A DNA stretch of 32,223 nt. It comes from Chloroflexota bacterium. Its GTDB lineage: Bacteria > Chloroflexota > Dehalococcoidia > SM23-28-2 > RBG-16-64-32. Location: contig JADFKG010000002.1 of the NCBI GenBank assembly GCA_022565075.1, positions 1-32,223 on the forward strand, in the 5' to 3' direction. Shown one piece after another: positions 7,834 through 15,953 of the stretch (its first letter is position 1; each line of letters opens with the position of its first letter). The notes under the pieces are model-generated. The model searched no databases, was not told where the DNA came from, and was given only the letters and a program-made list of their open reading frames with translations. The position numbers were made by a program, and so were the translations under genes.

Positions 7834-9179
7834 AAGGAGCGGTCCGCCGGGGCGATCACGGTCGTCCCGGGCAGTGGCGTGTCGCCCGCGCCCTCGTCTG
7901 ACCACGAGCCCCACTCATCGCCCAGGCTCCAGTCCAGCATCAGCACGTCCACCTCTTCGCCCTCTTCCACCGCGTCGACTTCGGCCGGGATCAGCGTCAG
8001 GCCGTTCGCTTTGGCCATCGAAGTCAGGATCCCCGATCCCTGCGAACCGGTCAGCGACGCGTAGTATCGACCATCGCGGCGCGTCACGGCGCAGCGCGCC
8101 AGGAACACGCGGGGGTCATCGACGTTCGTGATGCGGTCTGTCGCGATCGCTCGGACGACTGGACGCAGCCACTCTCGCTTGCCCATCATCTTCATGATCG
8201 CCGGCCGGCCGAAGAGCTCGAAGGCGACCATCGAGCTGACGGGGTTGCCGGGCAGGCCGATGTGCGGGATGCGCCGGCCGTCGCGCTCGAAGGTGCCGAA
8301 GGCCAGCGGCTTGCCCGGCTTCATCGCTACCGTCCAGAAGGCAACCTTGCCTTCCTTGGCCAGGACGTCCTTGACGATGTCATAGTCGCCCTTTGACACG
8401 CCCGCCGACGTGATCAGCATGTCGGCCGCCAGCCCATCCTGGATCTTCGCCGTCAGCGCCTCGACCGTGTCCGCGGCGATGCCCAGAAGCCGCGGCTCGC
8501 CGCCGAAGCGCCGGACTTGCGCCGCGATGCCATAGGCGTTGGCGTCGTAGATGCGGGAGCCCTTGCGAGGCTGCCCCGGTTCCAGCAGTTCGTCGCCCGT
8601 CGAAAGCACAGCGACGACCGGCCGCCGTATCACGCGCACCTCATCGCGGCCCAGCGAGGCGATGACGCCGATCTCCTGCGGGCGGAGCACGGTGCCCCGT
8701 CCCAGGACGCCGTCGCCCGTCCGGACGTCCTCGCCTGCGCGCCGGATGTTGGCTCCCGTTGCGGCTTCTTTGAGCACGTGCACGCTGCCGGAGAGCGATC
8801 CGGCGCCTTCCGGCGGGCGCGTGAACGGCTCGTCCGTCTCCTCGAACGGCACGACGGCGTCGGCGCCCTCGGGGATCGGGGCGCCCGTCATGATGCGCAC
8901 AGCGGTGCCGGGCTCGACGTCGCCCGCGAAGATGTAGCCCGCCGCTACCTCGCCGATCACACGCAGCTCGCGCGGCGACGCCTCGGACGCGCCCGCCGTG
9001 TCCTCCGCGCGCAGGGCGTAGCCGTCCATCGATGTGTTGTCGAGGGGTGGGATGTCGAAGCCGGCGGCGACATCCTCGGCCAGCACCTGGCCGAGCGCCT
9101 GCAGCGGGTGTTTCTTCTCCTCCGGCAGCACCTGAACCTGGGCGAGGAGCTGCTGGAGGGCTTCTTCGATGCTGATCAA
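7830..9179 (-). CDS. moeA: molybdopterin molybdotransferase MoeA
   Basis: Motifs PLDNTSMDGYALR, TSAGVSKGDYD and GLPGNPVSSMVAFE. About 35 extra acidic/Trp-rich residues lie beyond the usual C-terminus. Confidence 0.9.
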   Translation of the reverse strand: MISIEEALQQLLAQVQVLPEEKKHPLQALGQVLAEDVAAGFDIPPLDNTSMDGYALRAEDTAGASEASPRELRVIGEVAAGYIFAGDVEPGTAVRIMTGAPIPEGADAVVPFEETDEPFTRPPEGAGSLSGSVHVLKEAATGANIRRAGEDVRTGDGVLGRGTVLRPQEIGVIASLGRDEVRVIRRPVVAVLSTGDELLEPGQPRKGSRIYDANAYGIAAQVRRFGGEPRLLGIAADTVEALTAKIQDGLAADMLITSAGVSKGDYDIVKDVLAKEGKVAFWTVAMKPGKPLAFGTFERDGRRIPHIGLPGNPVSSMVAFELFGRPAIMKMMGKREWLRPVVRAIATDRITNVDDPRVFLARCAVTRRDGRYYASLTGSQGSGILTSMAKANGLTLIPAEVDAVEEGEEVDVLMLDWSLGDEWGSWSDEGAGDTPLPGTTVIAPADRSF

Positions 9180-9193
9180 GCGGGTCGGCTTAG

Positions 9194-9439
9194 CTAGCCG
9201 AGCTTGACGACGAGGCAGGTGGTGGTGCGCTGGACGCCGCTCACCTGCTGGATCGCGTCGGTGATCGCCCGGCCCAGCTTGTCCAGGTCGTCCGATTCGA
9301 TCAGCGCGATTACGTCGAAGGGGCCCGTGACCGCCTCAACCGACACGACGTTGGCTTCCTTCAGCTTCACCTTCTTGACGCCCTTGGCGATATCGCTGGC
9401 CTTGCCGACCGCGGATTCAATCAAAACGTACGCGCGCAT
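9194..9439 (-). CDS. stand-alone Lrp/AsnC-type ligand-binding (RAM) domain protein, 81 aa, no HTH
   Basis: Last 81 codons of the spurious 1355-aa ORF: MRAYVLIESAVGKASDIAKGVKKVKLKEANVVSVEAVTGPFDVIALIESDDLDKLGRAITDAIQQVSGVQRTTTCLVV. ATG at 9439 with AGGAGGAGG upstream. Lies 14 nt upstream of moeA. Confidence 0.7.
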   Translation of the reverse strand: MRAYVLIESAVGKASDIAKGVKKVKLKEANVVSVEAVTGPFDVIALIESDDLDKLGRAITDAIQQVSGVQRTTTCLVVKLG

Positions 9440-9483
9440 GTCCTGGGCCGCCTCCTCCTGCTTCTTGTCTCCTGACGGGGCAA

Positions 9484-9511
9484 AGCATAGCGCGAATGAG
9501 GGGCCTGTCAA
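9484..9511 (-). promoter_or_regulatory. near-consensus promoter for the RAM-domain/moeA operon
   Basis: Minus strand reads TTGACA (9511-9506), 16-nt spacer, TATGCT (9489-9484). It is followed by a roughly 40-nt leader containing the SD. Confidence 0.5.
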
Positions 9512-9553
9512 CACGTCTGTACGCAGGCCGCCGCACGCTGCTAGTCTGTGCCC

Positions 9554-10519
9554 ATGAAGACCACTTCCTTCGGCTCCACGGACCTCGAAGTCACGAACCT
9601 GTGCCTCGGCACGATGCAGTTCGGCTGGACGGCGGATGAGGCGGCGTCGGTGTCCGTCCTCGACGGCTACGTTGAGGCCGGTGGCAACTTCATCGACACC
9701 GCCGACATCTACAGTCGCTGGGCGCCCGGCAACCCCGGCGGCGTCTCGGAGGAGATCGTCGGCCGCTGGATGAAGGAGCGCGGCAACCGCGGCGACCTGG
9801 TCGTAGCGACGAAGTTGCGCGGCCAGATGTGGGAAGGCCCGGACGGTGAAGGGCTGGGCCGCGCGCACATCGAGCGCGCCGTCGAGGATAGCCTGCGCCG
9901 TCTCCAGATCGAGACGATCGACCTCTACCAGACACACTGGCCGGACGATGATACGCCCCTCGAGGAGACGCTGACGGTCTTCGGGGAACTCGTGACGTCG
10001 GGCAAGGTGCGTTACGTCGGTCTCTCGAACTCGCCGACGGAGCACATGTCGGAGGCGCTGCGCCTGGCCTCCGAGAGCGGCCTGCCGAGCTTCGTCTCCT
10101 TGCAGCCGCACCACAACCTCGTCTGGCGCAAGGAGTATGAGGCCCGCAAGGCAGCGTTCTGCGAAGAGAACGGCATCGCCGTGATCCCGTACAGCCCGCT
10201 GGAGGGCGGCTTCCTTACCGGCAAGTACCGCCGCGGTGAGCCGCTCCCCGACAGCCAGCGCGCGGGCGGGGTGAAGCGTTTCCTCACAGACGACGGATTC
10301 GCCGTCATAGAGGCGCTGCAGGAGATGGCCTCGGCCAGGAAAACGACGACCGCTGCGGTGGCGCTGGCGTGGTCGCTGACGCGGCCGGCCATCGTCGCCC
10401 CGATCATCGGCGCCAACAGCACGGAGCAGCTCGCCGATCTGCTGCCGGCGGGCGACCTCTCGTTGTCCGCCGACGAAGTACGAGCGCTGGACGAGGCCAG
10501 CGCCTGGGCGGCGAACTGA
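9554..10519 (+). CDS. aldo/keto reductase
   Basis: Motifs LGTMQFGW, DTADIYS, LYQTHWPD and GKVRYVGLSN. ATG at 9554 (an in-frame GTG at 9548 is also possible). No SD. Confidence 0.85.
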   Translation: MKTTSFGSTDLEVTNLCLGTMQFGWTADEAASVSVLDGYVEAGGNFIDTADIYSRWAPGNPGGVSEEIVGRWMKERGNRGDLVVATKLRGQMWEGPDGEGLGRAHIERAVEDSLRRLQIETIDLYQTHWPDDDTPLEETLTVFGELVTSGKVRYVGLSNSPTEHMSEALRLASESGLPSFVSLQPHHNLVWRKEYEARKAAFCEENGIAVIPYSPLEGGFLTGKYRRGEPLPDSQRAGGVKRFLTDDGFAVIEALQEMASARKTTTAAVALAWSLTRPAIVAPIIGANSTEQLADLLPAGDLSLSADEVRALDEASAWAAN

Positions 10520-10531
10520 GACCAGTCCGCC

Positions 10532-11575
10532 ATGGCACCTGACACCGATATCCAGCAGCTCGAAGCGTCCGCACTTGAAGGTCTGGACGCCGCGTCTGAC
10601 ATCGCCGCGCTCGAGGAGTGGCGCGTCGCCTATCTCGGTCGCAAGGGCCGCCTGACCGGCCTCCTCCGCGGCCTGGCGTCGCTTTCGATCGAAGAGCGTC
10701 GCACTGTCGGCCGCGCGGCCAACGAGCTGAAAGATCGGCTGGAGGAGGCACACGAGGCGCGCCGCCACGCTGTCGAAGAGGCGCGCGTCGAGCAGGTCAT
10801 CGTGGGCGAGCGTCGCGACGTTACGCTGCCGGGGCCGCCGCTCCCCAGGGGCCGGCTGCACCCGATCACGCAGACGATGCGGGATATCGTCGCCTCGCTC
10901 TCCGGCATGGGGTTCCAGGTGGCGGAGGGGCCCGAGATCGAGTGGGACCGCTATAACTTCGAGGCGCTGCGCATCCCGCAGGACCATCCGGCTCGCGACA
11001 TGTGGGACACGCTCTGGATCGACTACGAGAAGGACGGCCGCCGCCCGATGCTGATGCGCACGCATACGTCGCCCAACCAGATCCGCGTGATGGAACAACG
11101 CGAACCGCCGATCCGTATCATCGTTCCCGGCAAGTGCTACCGCTTCGAGGCCACCGACGCCACGCACGAATGGATGCTGACGCAGGTCGAGGGGCTGGCG
11201 GTGGACGAGGGCATCAGCCTGACCGACCTCAAGGGCACGCTCGCTGAGTTCGCGCGGCAGATGTTCGGCCGCGACCGCAAAGTGGGCTTCCGCTGCGACT
11301 ACTTCCCGTTCGTCGAGCCCGGCATGGAGTGCCGCATCGATTGCTTCCACTGCCGCGGTGACGGCTGTCGCACGTGCCATCAGAGCGGCTGGATCGAGAT
11401 CCTCGGCGCGGGCATGGTGCACCCGGAGATCCTGGCCAACGCCGGCTACGACCCGGAGCGCTACACGGGCTTCGCGTTTGGGATGGGCGTGGAGCGGATC
11501 GCGATGCTGCGCTACGGCGTCGACGACATCCGCCACTTTTACAGCAACGACCTGCGATTCCTGAGACAGTTCTGA
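10532..11575 (+). CDS. pheS: phenylalanine--tRNA ligase alpha subunit
   Basis: Motifs HPITQT, RTHTSPNQIR, FRCDYFPFVEPG and GFAFGMGVERIAMLRYG. Confidence 0.95.
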   Translation: MAPDTDIQQLEASALEGLDAASDIAALEEWRVAYLGRKGRLTGLLRGLASLSIEERRTVGRAANELKDRLEEAHEARRHAVEEARVEQVIVGERRDVTLPGPPLPRGRLHPITQTMRDIVASLSGMGFQVAEGPEIEWDRYNFEALRIPQDHPARDMWDTLWIDYEKDGRRPMLMRTHTSPNQIRVMEQREPPIRIIVPGKCYRFEATDATHEWMLTQVEGLAVDEGISLTDLKGTLAEFARQMFGRDRKVGFRCDYFPFVEPGMECRIDCFHCRGDGCRTCHQSGWIEILGAGMVHPEILANAGYDPERYTGFAFGMGVERIAMLRYGVDDIRHFYSNDLRFLRQF

Positions 11576-11584
11576 GGAGGCCCT

Positions 11585-13987
11585 GTGCGAGTACCACTGC
11601 GGTGGCTGTCCGAATACGTTGACCTCGTCCTCGAACCCGAGGAGCTGGCGCGTCGCCTGACGACAGCCGGCGTCGAGGTCGGCGAGATCATCACTGCGGG
11701 CGACTGGCAGAACATCGTCGTCGGTGAGGTTGTGAAGCTGGACAAGCATCCGAACGCCGACCGCTTGACGCTGCCAACGGTTGATATCGGCGGCGGCGAG
11801 CGGCGCCAGGTCGTGTGTGGCGCGCCGAACATCGCCGTCGGCCAGAAGATCGCTTACGCTGCCGTCGGTGCGCGCCTGCTCGACGGCCACAGTGGCGACG
11901 CCATGGTCCTGCGCAAGGCGAAGATCCGGGGCGTCGAGTCCCAGGGCATGGTCTGCTCGGAGAAGGAGCTGGGCCTGGGCGAGGCGCACGAGGGAATTCT
12001 CGTCCTTTCGCCCGAAGCGCCCGTCGGCGCGCCGCTCTCGGAGGTGCTCGGCGACACGGTGTTCGACTTCGACCTGACGCCCAACCGGCCCGATCTCTTC
12101 TCCATCATTGGCATCGCGCGGGAGGTCGCGGCGCTGACGGGGCAGAAGGTGCGCGATCCGTCGATCCAGTACGAAGAGAAGGGGCCCGCGGTGAAGGGAC
12201 GCGCGAAGGTGACTGTCGCCGACCCGGATCTTTGCCCGCGATACGTCGGCGCTCTCATCGAAGGCCTGAAGATCGGCCCATCGCCGGACTGGATGCAGGA
12301 GCGCCTTACGGCCGCGGGCCTGCGGCCGATCAACAACATAGTCGACATAACTAACTACGTCATGTTGGAGATGGGCCAGCCGCTGCACGCGTTTGATTAC
12401 GACAGGCTGGCCGAGCACCACATCATCGTCCGCCGCGCTGAGGCTGGCGAGAAGATGGAGCTGATCGACGGCAGCAAGCACACATTCACGAACGAGATGC
12501 TTCTGATCACGGACGCCGATCGCTCGGTCGCCGTCGCGGGAGTGATGGGCGGCTTCGACAGTGAGGTCACCGAGGACACGACGGCGGTGCTGCTGGAGGC
12601 GGCCAACTTCAACGGGCCGAACATCCGCCGCACAAGCAACGCTCTGAAGGTGCGGACAGACGCCTCGACGCGGTTCGAGAAGGGTCTCAGTCAGCACCTG
12701 CCGCCGGTCGCCGCCGCGCGGGCCATCAAGCTGATGGTCGATCACGCGGGTGGCAAGGCGGCGACCGGCGTTCTCGACAAGAACCCCGGGAAGGCGAAGG
12801 AAGGGCGCGTGACCGTGACGATGGAGCGCATCGTCCGCGTGCTGGGGATCGAGCTGTCCACGAAGCGCATCCGCGAGATACTGACGGCCCTCGGCTTCGG
12901 CGCACGCTGGATGCCGCCGGACCGTTTCGTCGTGCGCGTACCTTACTGGCGCACTGACGTCAGCATCGCAGACGACGTGATCGAGGAGATCGCGCGCATC
13001 GAGGGCTACGATCAGCTGCCAACGAGCCAGCTCCGCGGCCAGATCCCGGAGCTTGTGCCGCAGCCGCGCCGCGATCTGCGCGAGAGGGTGCGTGACGCCC
13101 TGGTCGACGCCGGGATGCAGGAGATCATCACGTATTCGCTGACGGACCTCGAGTCGCTGCGGAAGGTGCTGCCGAAGGAGGAGCTGGCGGCGGCGCCTCC
13201 CCTGCGCGTCTCCAATCCGCTGAGCCGGCAATGGGAGTATGCGCGCACGACACTCCGCCACGCGCTGCTCGACACGCTCGCCTCGAACCTGAGGGGCGAC
13301 CAGTCGCTGATAAGCCTCTTCGAGATGGCGCGTGTCTACCTGCCGCGTGAGGACGATCTGCCCAACGAAGTAGAGATGGCGTTTGGCGTGGTCTCAGGCC
13401 GCGAGCCCGACCGCTGGGGCCGGCCAACCGGCGAACCGGCCAACTTCTACGCTGCCAAGTCGCGGCTCGACCACGTCTTCGCGGCGCTTCGCATCACTGC
13501 GGACTATCGTGAGGCGACGGCCTCCGCGTACCTCCCCGGCCGCACTGCCGAGGTTTTCGTGGGCGGCGTCCGCGTTGGCCTCATCGGCGAGGTCCATCCA
13601 CGGGTGGTCGAAAGCTTTGACATCGGCCGCGAGGTCGCGATGTTCGAAGTCGATCTCGACGCGCTCTTGCCGCACGTCAGCGAGATCGTTCATTTCCAGC
13701 CGGTGTCGGCTTACCCGGCGGTTGAGGAGGACCTGGCGATCGTTGTTGCTAAGGACGTTGCCGCCGGCCGCGCGCTGGAGCTGATCCGAGCGTCGAAGCT
13801 GGTCGCCAGCGCGTCAGTCTTTGACGTCTATAGTGGTGACCCGATCGCGGCTGGCAAGAAGTCGCTCGCCTTCGCGATTTCGTATCAGGCCGAGGGGAAG
13901 ACGCTGAGCGACGCCGATGTGGCGAAGGAACGCAGGCGGATCGTTGAGCGCTTGCAGCGCGAGCTAGGCGCCGAGCTGCGCGCTTAG
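11585..13987 (+). CDS. pheT: phenylalanine--tRNA ligase beta subunit
   Basis: GTG start after a GAGGAGG SD. N-terminal tRNA-binding domain (KHPNADRLTL), B3/4 and B5 regions and a C-terminal FDX-ACB-like end. 800 aa. Confidence 0.95.
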   Translation: MRVPLRWLSEYVDLVLEPEELARRLTTAGVEVGEIITAGDWQNIVVGEVVKLDKHPNADRLTLPTVDIGGGERRQVVCGAPNIAVGQKIAYAAVGARLLDGHSGDAMVLRKAKIRGVESQGMVCSEKELGLGEAHEGILVLSPEAPVGAPLSEVLGDTVFDFDLTPNRPDLFSIIGIAREVAALTGQKVRDPSIQYEEKGPAVKGRAKVTVADPDLCPRYVGALIEGLKIGPSPDWMQERLTAAGLRPINNIVDITNYVMLEMGQPLHAFDYDRLAEHHIIVRRAEAGEKMELIDGSKHTFTNEMLLITDADRSVAVAGVMGGFDSEVTEDTTAVLLEAANFNGPNIRRTSNALKVRTDASTRFEKGLSQHLPPVAAARAIKLMVDHAGGKAATGVLDKNPGKAKEGRVTVTMERIVRVLGIELSTKRIREILTALGFGARWMPPDRFVVRVPYWRTDVSIADDVIEEIARIEGYDQLPTSQLRGQIPELVPQPRRDLRERVRDALVDAGMQEIITYSLTDLESLRKVLPKEELAAAPPLRVSNPLSRQWEYARTTLRHALLDTLASNLRGDQSLISLFEMARVYLPREDDLPNEVEMAFGVVSGREPDRWGRPTGEPANFYAAKSRLDHVFAALRITADYREATASAYLPGRTAEVFVGGVRVGLIGEVHPRVVESFDIGREVAMFEVDLDALLPHVSEIVHFQPVSAYPAVEEDLAIVVAKDVAAGRALELIRASKLVASASVFDVYSGDPIAAGKKSLAFAISYQAEGKTLSDADVAKERRRIVERLQRELGAELRA

Positions 13988-14181
13988 GCCAGCACCACGA
14001 CAACGGCGATTGCCGCGGCCACGGCGAGGACCAGTAGAAGGAGCGCAAGAAGGTCACCTCGACTGGCGGAGGAGAGGCGGACTGGTCCCAGGCGGCCTCG
14101 GCGGGCTTCGGCGCGCTCACGCTCCATTCTGTCGGCCTTCTGTTTCGTTTGGGCCGCGAGGTCGTGGAGCCACTTGCTCAT
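13984..14181 (-). CDS. hypothetical small tail-anchored membrane protein (65 aa)
   Basis: ATG preceded by GAGAGG (5-nt spacer), 8 nt after the rplT stop. Charged N-terminal half followed by the hydrophobic stretch LLALLLLVLAVAAAIAVVVVLA. GC-rich third codon positions. Its stop overlaps the pheT stop (TTAG). Confidence 0.4.
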   Translation of the reverse strand: MSKWLHDLAAQTKQKADRMERERAEARRGRLGPVRLSSASRGDLLALLLLVLAVAAAIAVVVVLA

Positions 14182-14189
14182 GACGCCTC

Positions 14190-14552
14190 TCAGGCGGCGG
14201 CAGCGGCCGTCTTCGCCTTTTCGGCGAGGGCTGCGAAGGCCGCTTCGTCCCGAACGGCCAGATCGGCAAGGAGCTTGCGATCTACCTCGACGCCGGCCGT
14301 GGCGAGGCCATGGATCAGCTTCGAGTAAGTGAGGCCGTGCTGGCGGGAGGCGGCGTTGATGCGCTGGATCCAGAGCCGCCGGAAGTCGCCCTTGCGGTCG
14401 CGCCGGTGCTGGTAGGCGTAGCGCAGCGCGTGCATGACGGACTGGTTGGCCTGCTTGAATATCTTATGGCTGAGGCCGCGGTGGCCCTTCGCCATCTTGA
14501 TGATCTTCTTGTGGCGGCGACGTGTTACGCCTCCGCCTCGTGCTCGTGTCAT
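14190..14552 (-). CDS. rplT: 50S ribosomal protein L20
   Basis: Motifs [17 protein letters not shown] and [24 protein letters not shown]. Confidence 0.95.
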   Translation of the reverse strand: MTRARGGGVTRRRHKKIIKMAKGHRGLSHKIFKQANQSVMHALRYAYQHRRDRKGDFRRLWIQRINAASRQHGLTYSKLIHGLATAGVEVDRKLLADLAVRDEAAFAALAEKAKTAAAAA

Positions 14553-14587
14553 CTGCTGGAAGTCTCCTCTTGGATGTCTGCCTGGGA

Positions 14588-14794
14588 TCAGGCGTACGGC
14601 ATCAGCTTCTTGAGTCGCTGGGCGTCGCCCTTCGCCACGGAAAGCTTACCAGAGATGTCCCGCAGGGTCTCGCCGCGCTTCTTGCGGCGGAAGTTGTTGA
14701 TGCCGATCTTGCGGCGCAGGAACTTGCCGCTGCCGGTCACGTAGATCCGGGCCTTGGCGCCGGAGTGGGTCTTCATCTTGTATTTCTTTGCCAC
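14588..14794 (-). CDS. rpmI: 50S ribosomal protein L35
   Basis: [27 protein letters not shown] start 2 nt after the infC stop. Confidence 0.9.
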   Translation of the reverse strand: MAKKYKMKTHSGAKARIYVTGSGKFLRRKIGINNFRRKKRGETLRDISGKLSVAKGDAQRLKKLMPYA

Positions 14795-14796
14795 TT

Positions 14797-15651
14797 CTAC
14801 CCCTCGTCCTTCTTTGCGGTGGTCGCCGTTTCCGCCTTCTTGGCGGCAGAAGCATCGCCGTCACCGGCGGGCACTGCCCCGGTCTCGACCTTCGCCTCGA
14901 CCGCGTCTTCCGCCTTGGCTGGCGTCTTCTCGTCGTCTTCGGCGGGCGCTGCCCCGGTCTCGACCTTCGCCTCGACCGTCTCTTCCGCCTTGGCTGGCGT
15001 CTTCTTGTCGACTTCGGCGGGCGCGGCCTTGGTCTCGACTTTGGCTGCGGTCGCCTTCTCAGCCCTGGTTGCCGCCTTCTTGCCTTCGCTGCCGGCTTTG
15101 TTGCCGGGCTTTCCCTTAGCCCCATCCTTCGCCGTCGGCTTCTTGGCCGTCGGCGTCAGAATCACCGTCAGGAAGCGGCCCTCCATCCCTGGCGGCTTCT
15201 CGATGGTCGCCGTGTCTCCGAGGCCACTGATCGCCTTGTTCAGCACTTCCCGGCCGACTTCCGGATGCGAAATCTCGCGACCCCGGAACATCACCGAGAG
15301 CTTGACCTTGTCGCCCGTGGCCAGGAGCCTGGTGGCGATCCTGACCTTGAGATCGATATCGTGCTGGCCGGTCCGTGGCCGCAGACGCACCTCGTGGATC
15401 ATCGTCCCGCGCTGATGCTTGCGGGCGTCCCGCTCCCGCTTCGACTGCTCGTACTTGAACTTGCCGTAGTCGAGGATGCGGCAGACGGGCGGCTTGCCGT
15501 TGGAGTCCACCTCTACGAGGTCGAGGCCGGCTTCACGGGCCCGCGCCATTGCTTCAGCGAACGGGATAATCCCGTAATTCTCGCTGCCTTCGCCGATGAC
15601 GCGTACCTCGCGAGCGCGTATGCGCTCGTTAGTACGAAGCTCGCGAGCGAT
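14797..15651 (-). CDS. infC: translation initiation factor IF-3, ATC start codon, extended C-terminal tail
   Basis: The ORF track starts at the internal Met at 15549. In-frame upstream codons read (I)ARELRTNERIRAREVRVIGEGSENYGIIPFAEA, the conserved IF-3 N-domain. An in-frame TAG lies at 15657-15655, so ATC at 15651-15649 is the first plausible start. GAAGGGG (15667-15661) lies 9 nt upstream. Confidence 0.9.
   Translation of the reverse strand: MARELRTNERIRAREVRVIGEGSENYGIIPFAEAMARAREAGLDLVEVDSNGKPPVCRILDYGKFKYEQSKRERDARKHQRGTMIHEVRLRPRTGQHDIDLKVRIATRLLATGDKVKLSVMFRGREISHPEVGREVLNKAISGLGDTATIEKPPGMEGRFLTVILTPTAKKPTAKDGAKGKPGNKAGSEGKKAATRAEKATAAKVETKAAPAEVDKKTPAKAEETVEAKVETGAAPAEDDEKTPAKAEDAVEAKVETGAVPAGDGDASAAKKAETATTAKKDEG
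14821..15045 (-). repeat. 3 x 75-bp in-frame tandem repeat inside the infC tail
   Basis: Protein units are AKVETKAAPAEVDKKTPAKAEETVE, AKVETGAAPAEDDEKTPAKAEDAVE and AKVETGAVPAGDGDASAAKKAETAT. At DNA level, CCCCGGTCTCGACCTTCGCCTCGACC recurs at 14877 and 14952 (period 75). Confidence 0.8.
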
Positions 15652-15744
15652 GGGCTAGTTCCCCTTCGAAATGCACTGCGCCACTGTCGGAAAAGCATAG
15701 CACATCTCATAGCGCCATCACACGGATGATCGAGGTGACTTGCG

Positions 15745-15945
15745 TTAAAACTGTGGCGCCCGGTCGCCCGTTGCCGGCGCCGTTCGCTCGTATCCCTCAC
15801 ACGTCAGCACCGGCAGCTGCGGGTAGCGGCGAAAGCGCTCGTCGGTCTCCGAGCGGCGGCAGCGATAGAAGCGGCTACCGCGGGCCGTCTCAACGACGTG
15901 CGCGAAGGTGCAGTCAGCGCAGAGGCCGGCGTTCTCGTCGCTCAC
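15745..15945 (-). CDS. small 4-Cys (putative zinc-binding) protein, 66 aa
   Basis: MSDENAGLCADCTFAHVV...RFYRCRR...LPVLTCEGYE contains CxxC plus two further Cys. Starts 9 nt after the thrS stop, on the same strand. Confidence 0.55.
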   Translation of the reverse strand: MSDENAGLCADCTFAHVVETARGSRFYRCRRSETDERFRRYPQLPVLTCEGYERTAPATGDRAPQF

Positions 15946-15953
15946 CGGAGAAA

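Noticed and set aside
9440-9553. Possible Moco riboswitch upstream of the moeA operon
   Set aside because: After the promoter (9484-9511) only about 40 nt of leader remain before the ATG. That is too short for the roughly 130-nt Moco motif, and I see none of its conserved elements.
9440-13261. Giant 1355-aa minus-strand ORF (9194..13261)
   Set aside because: It is antisense to the clearly real AKR, pheS and pheT genes. The translation is Arg/Ala/Leu-rich with no motifs, which is typical of open antisense frames in high-GC DNA. Only its last 81 codons (9194-9439) form a real gene.
14821-15045. 75-bp tandem repeats as a CRISPR-like or intergenic repeat array
   Set aside because: The repeats are contiguous with no spacers, in frame, and lie inside the infC coding tail. 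They encode 25-aa peptide repeats.
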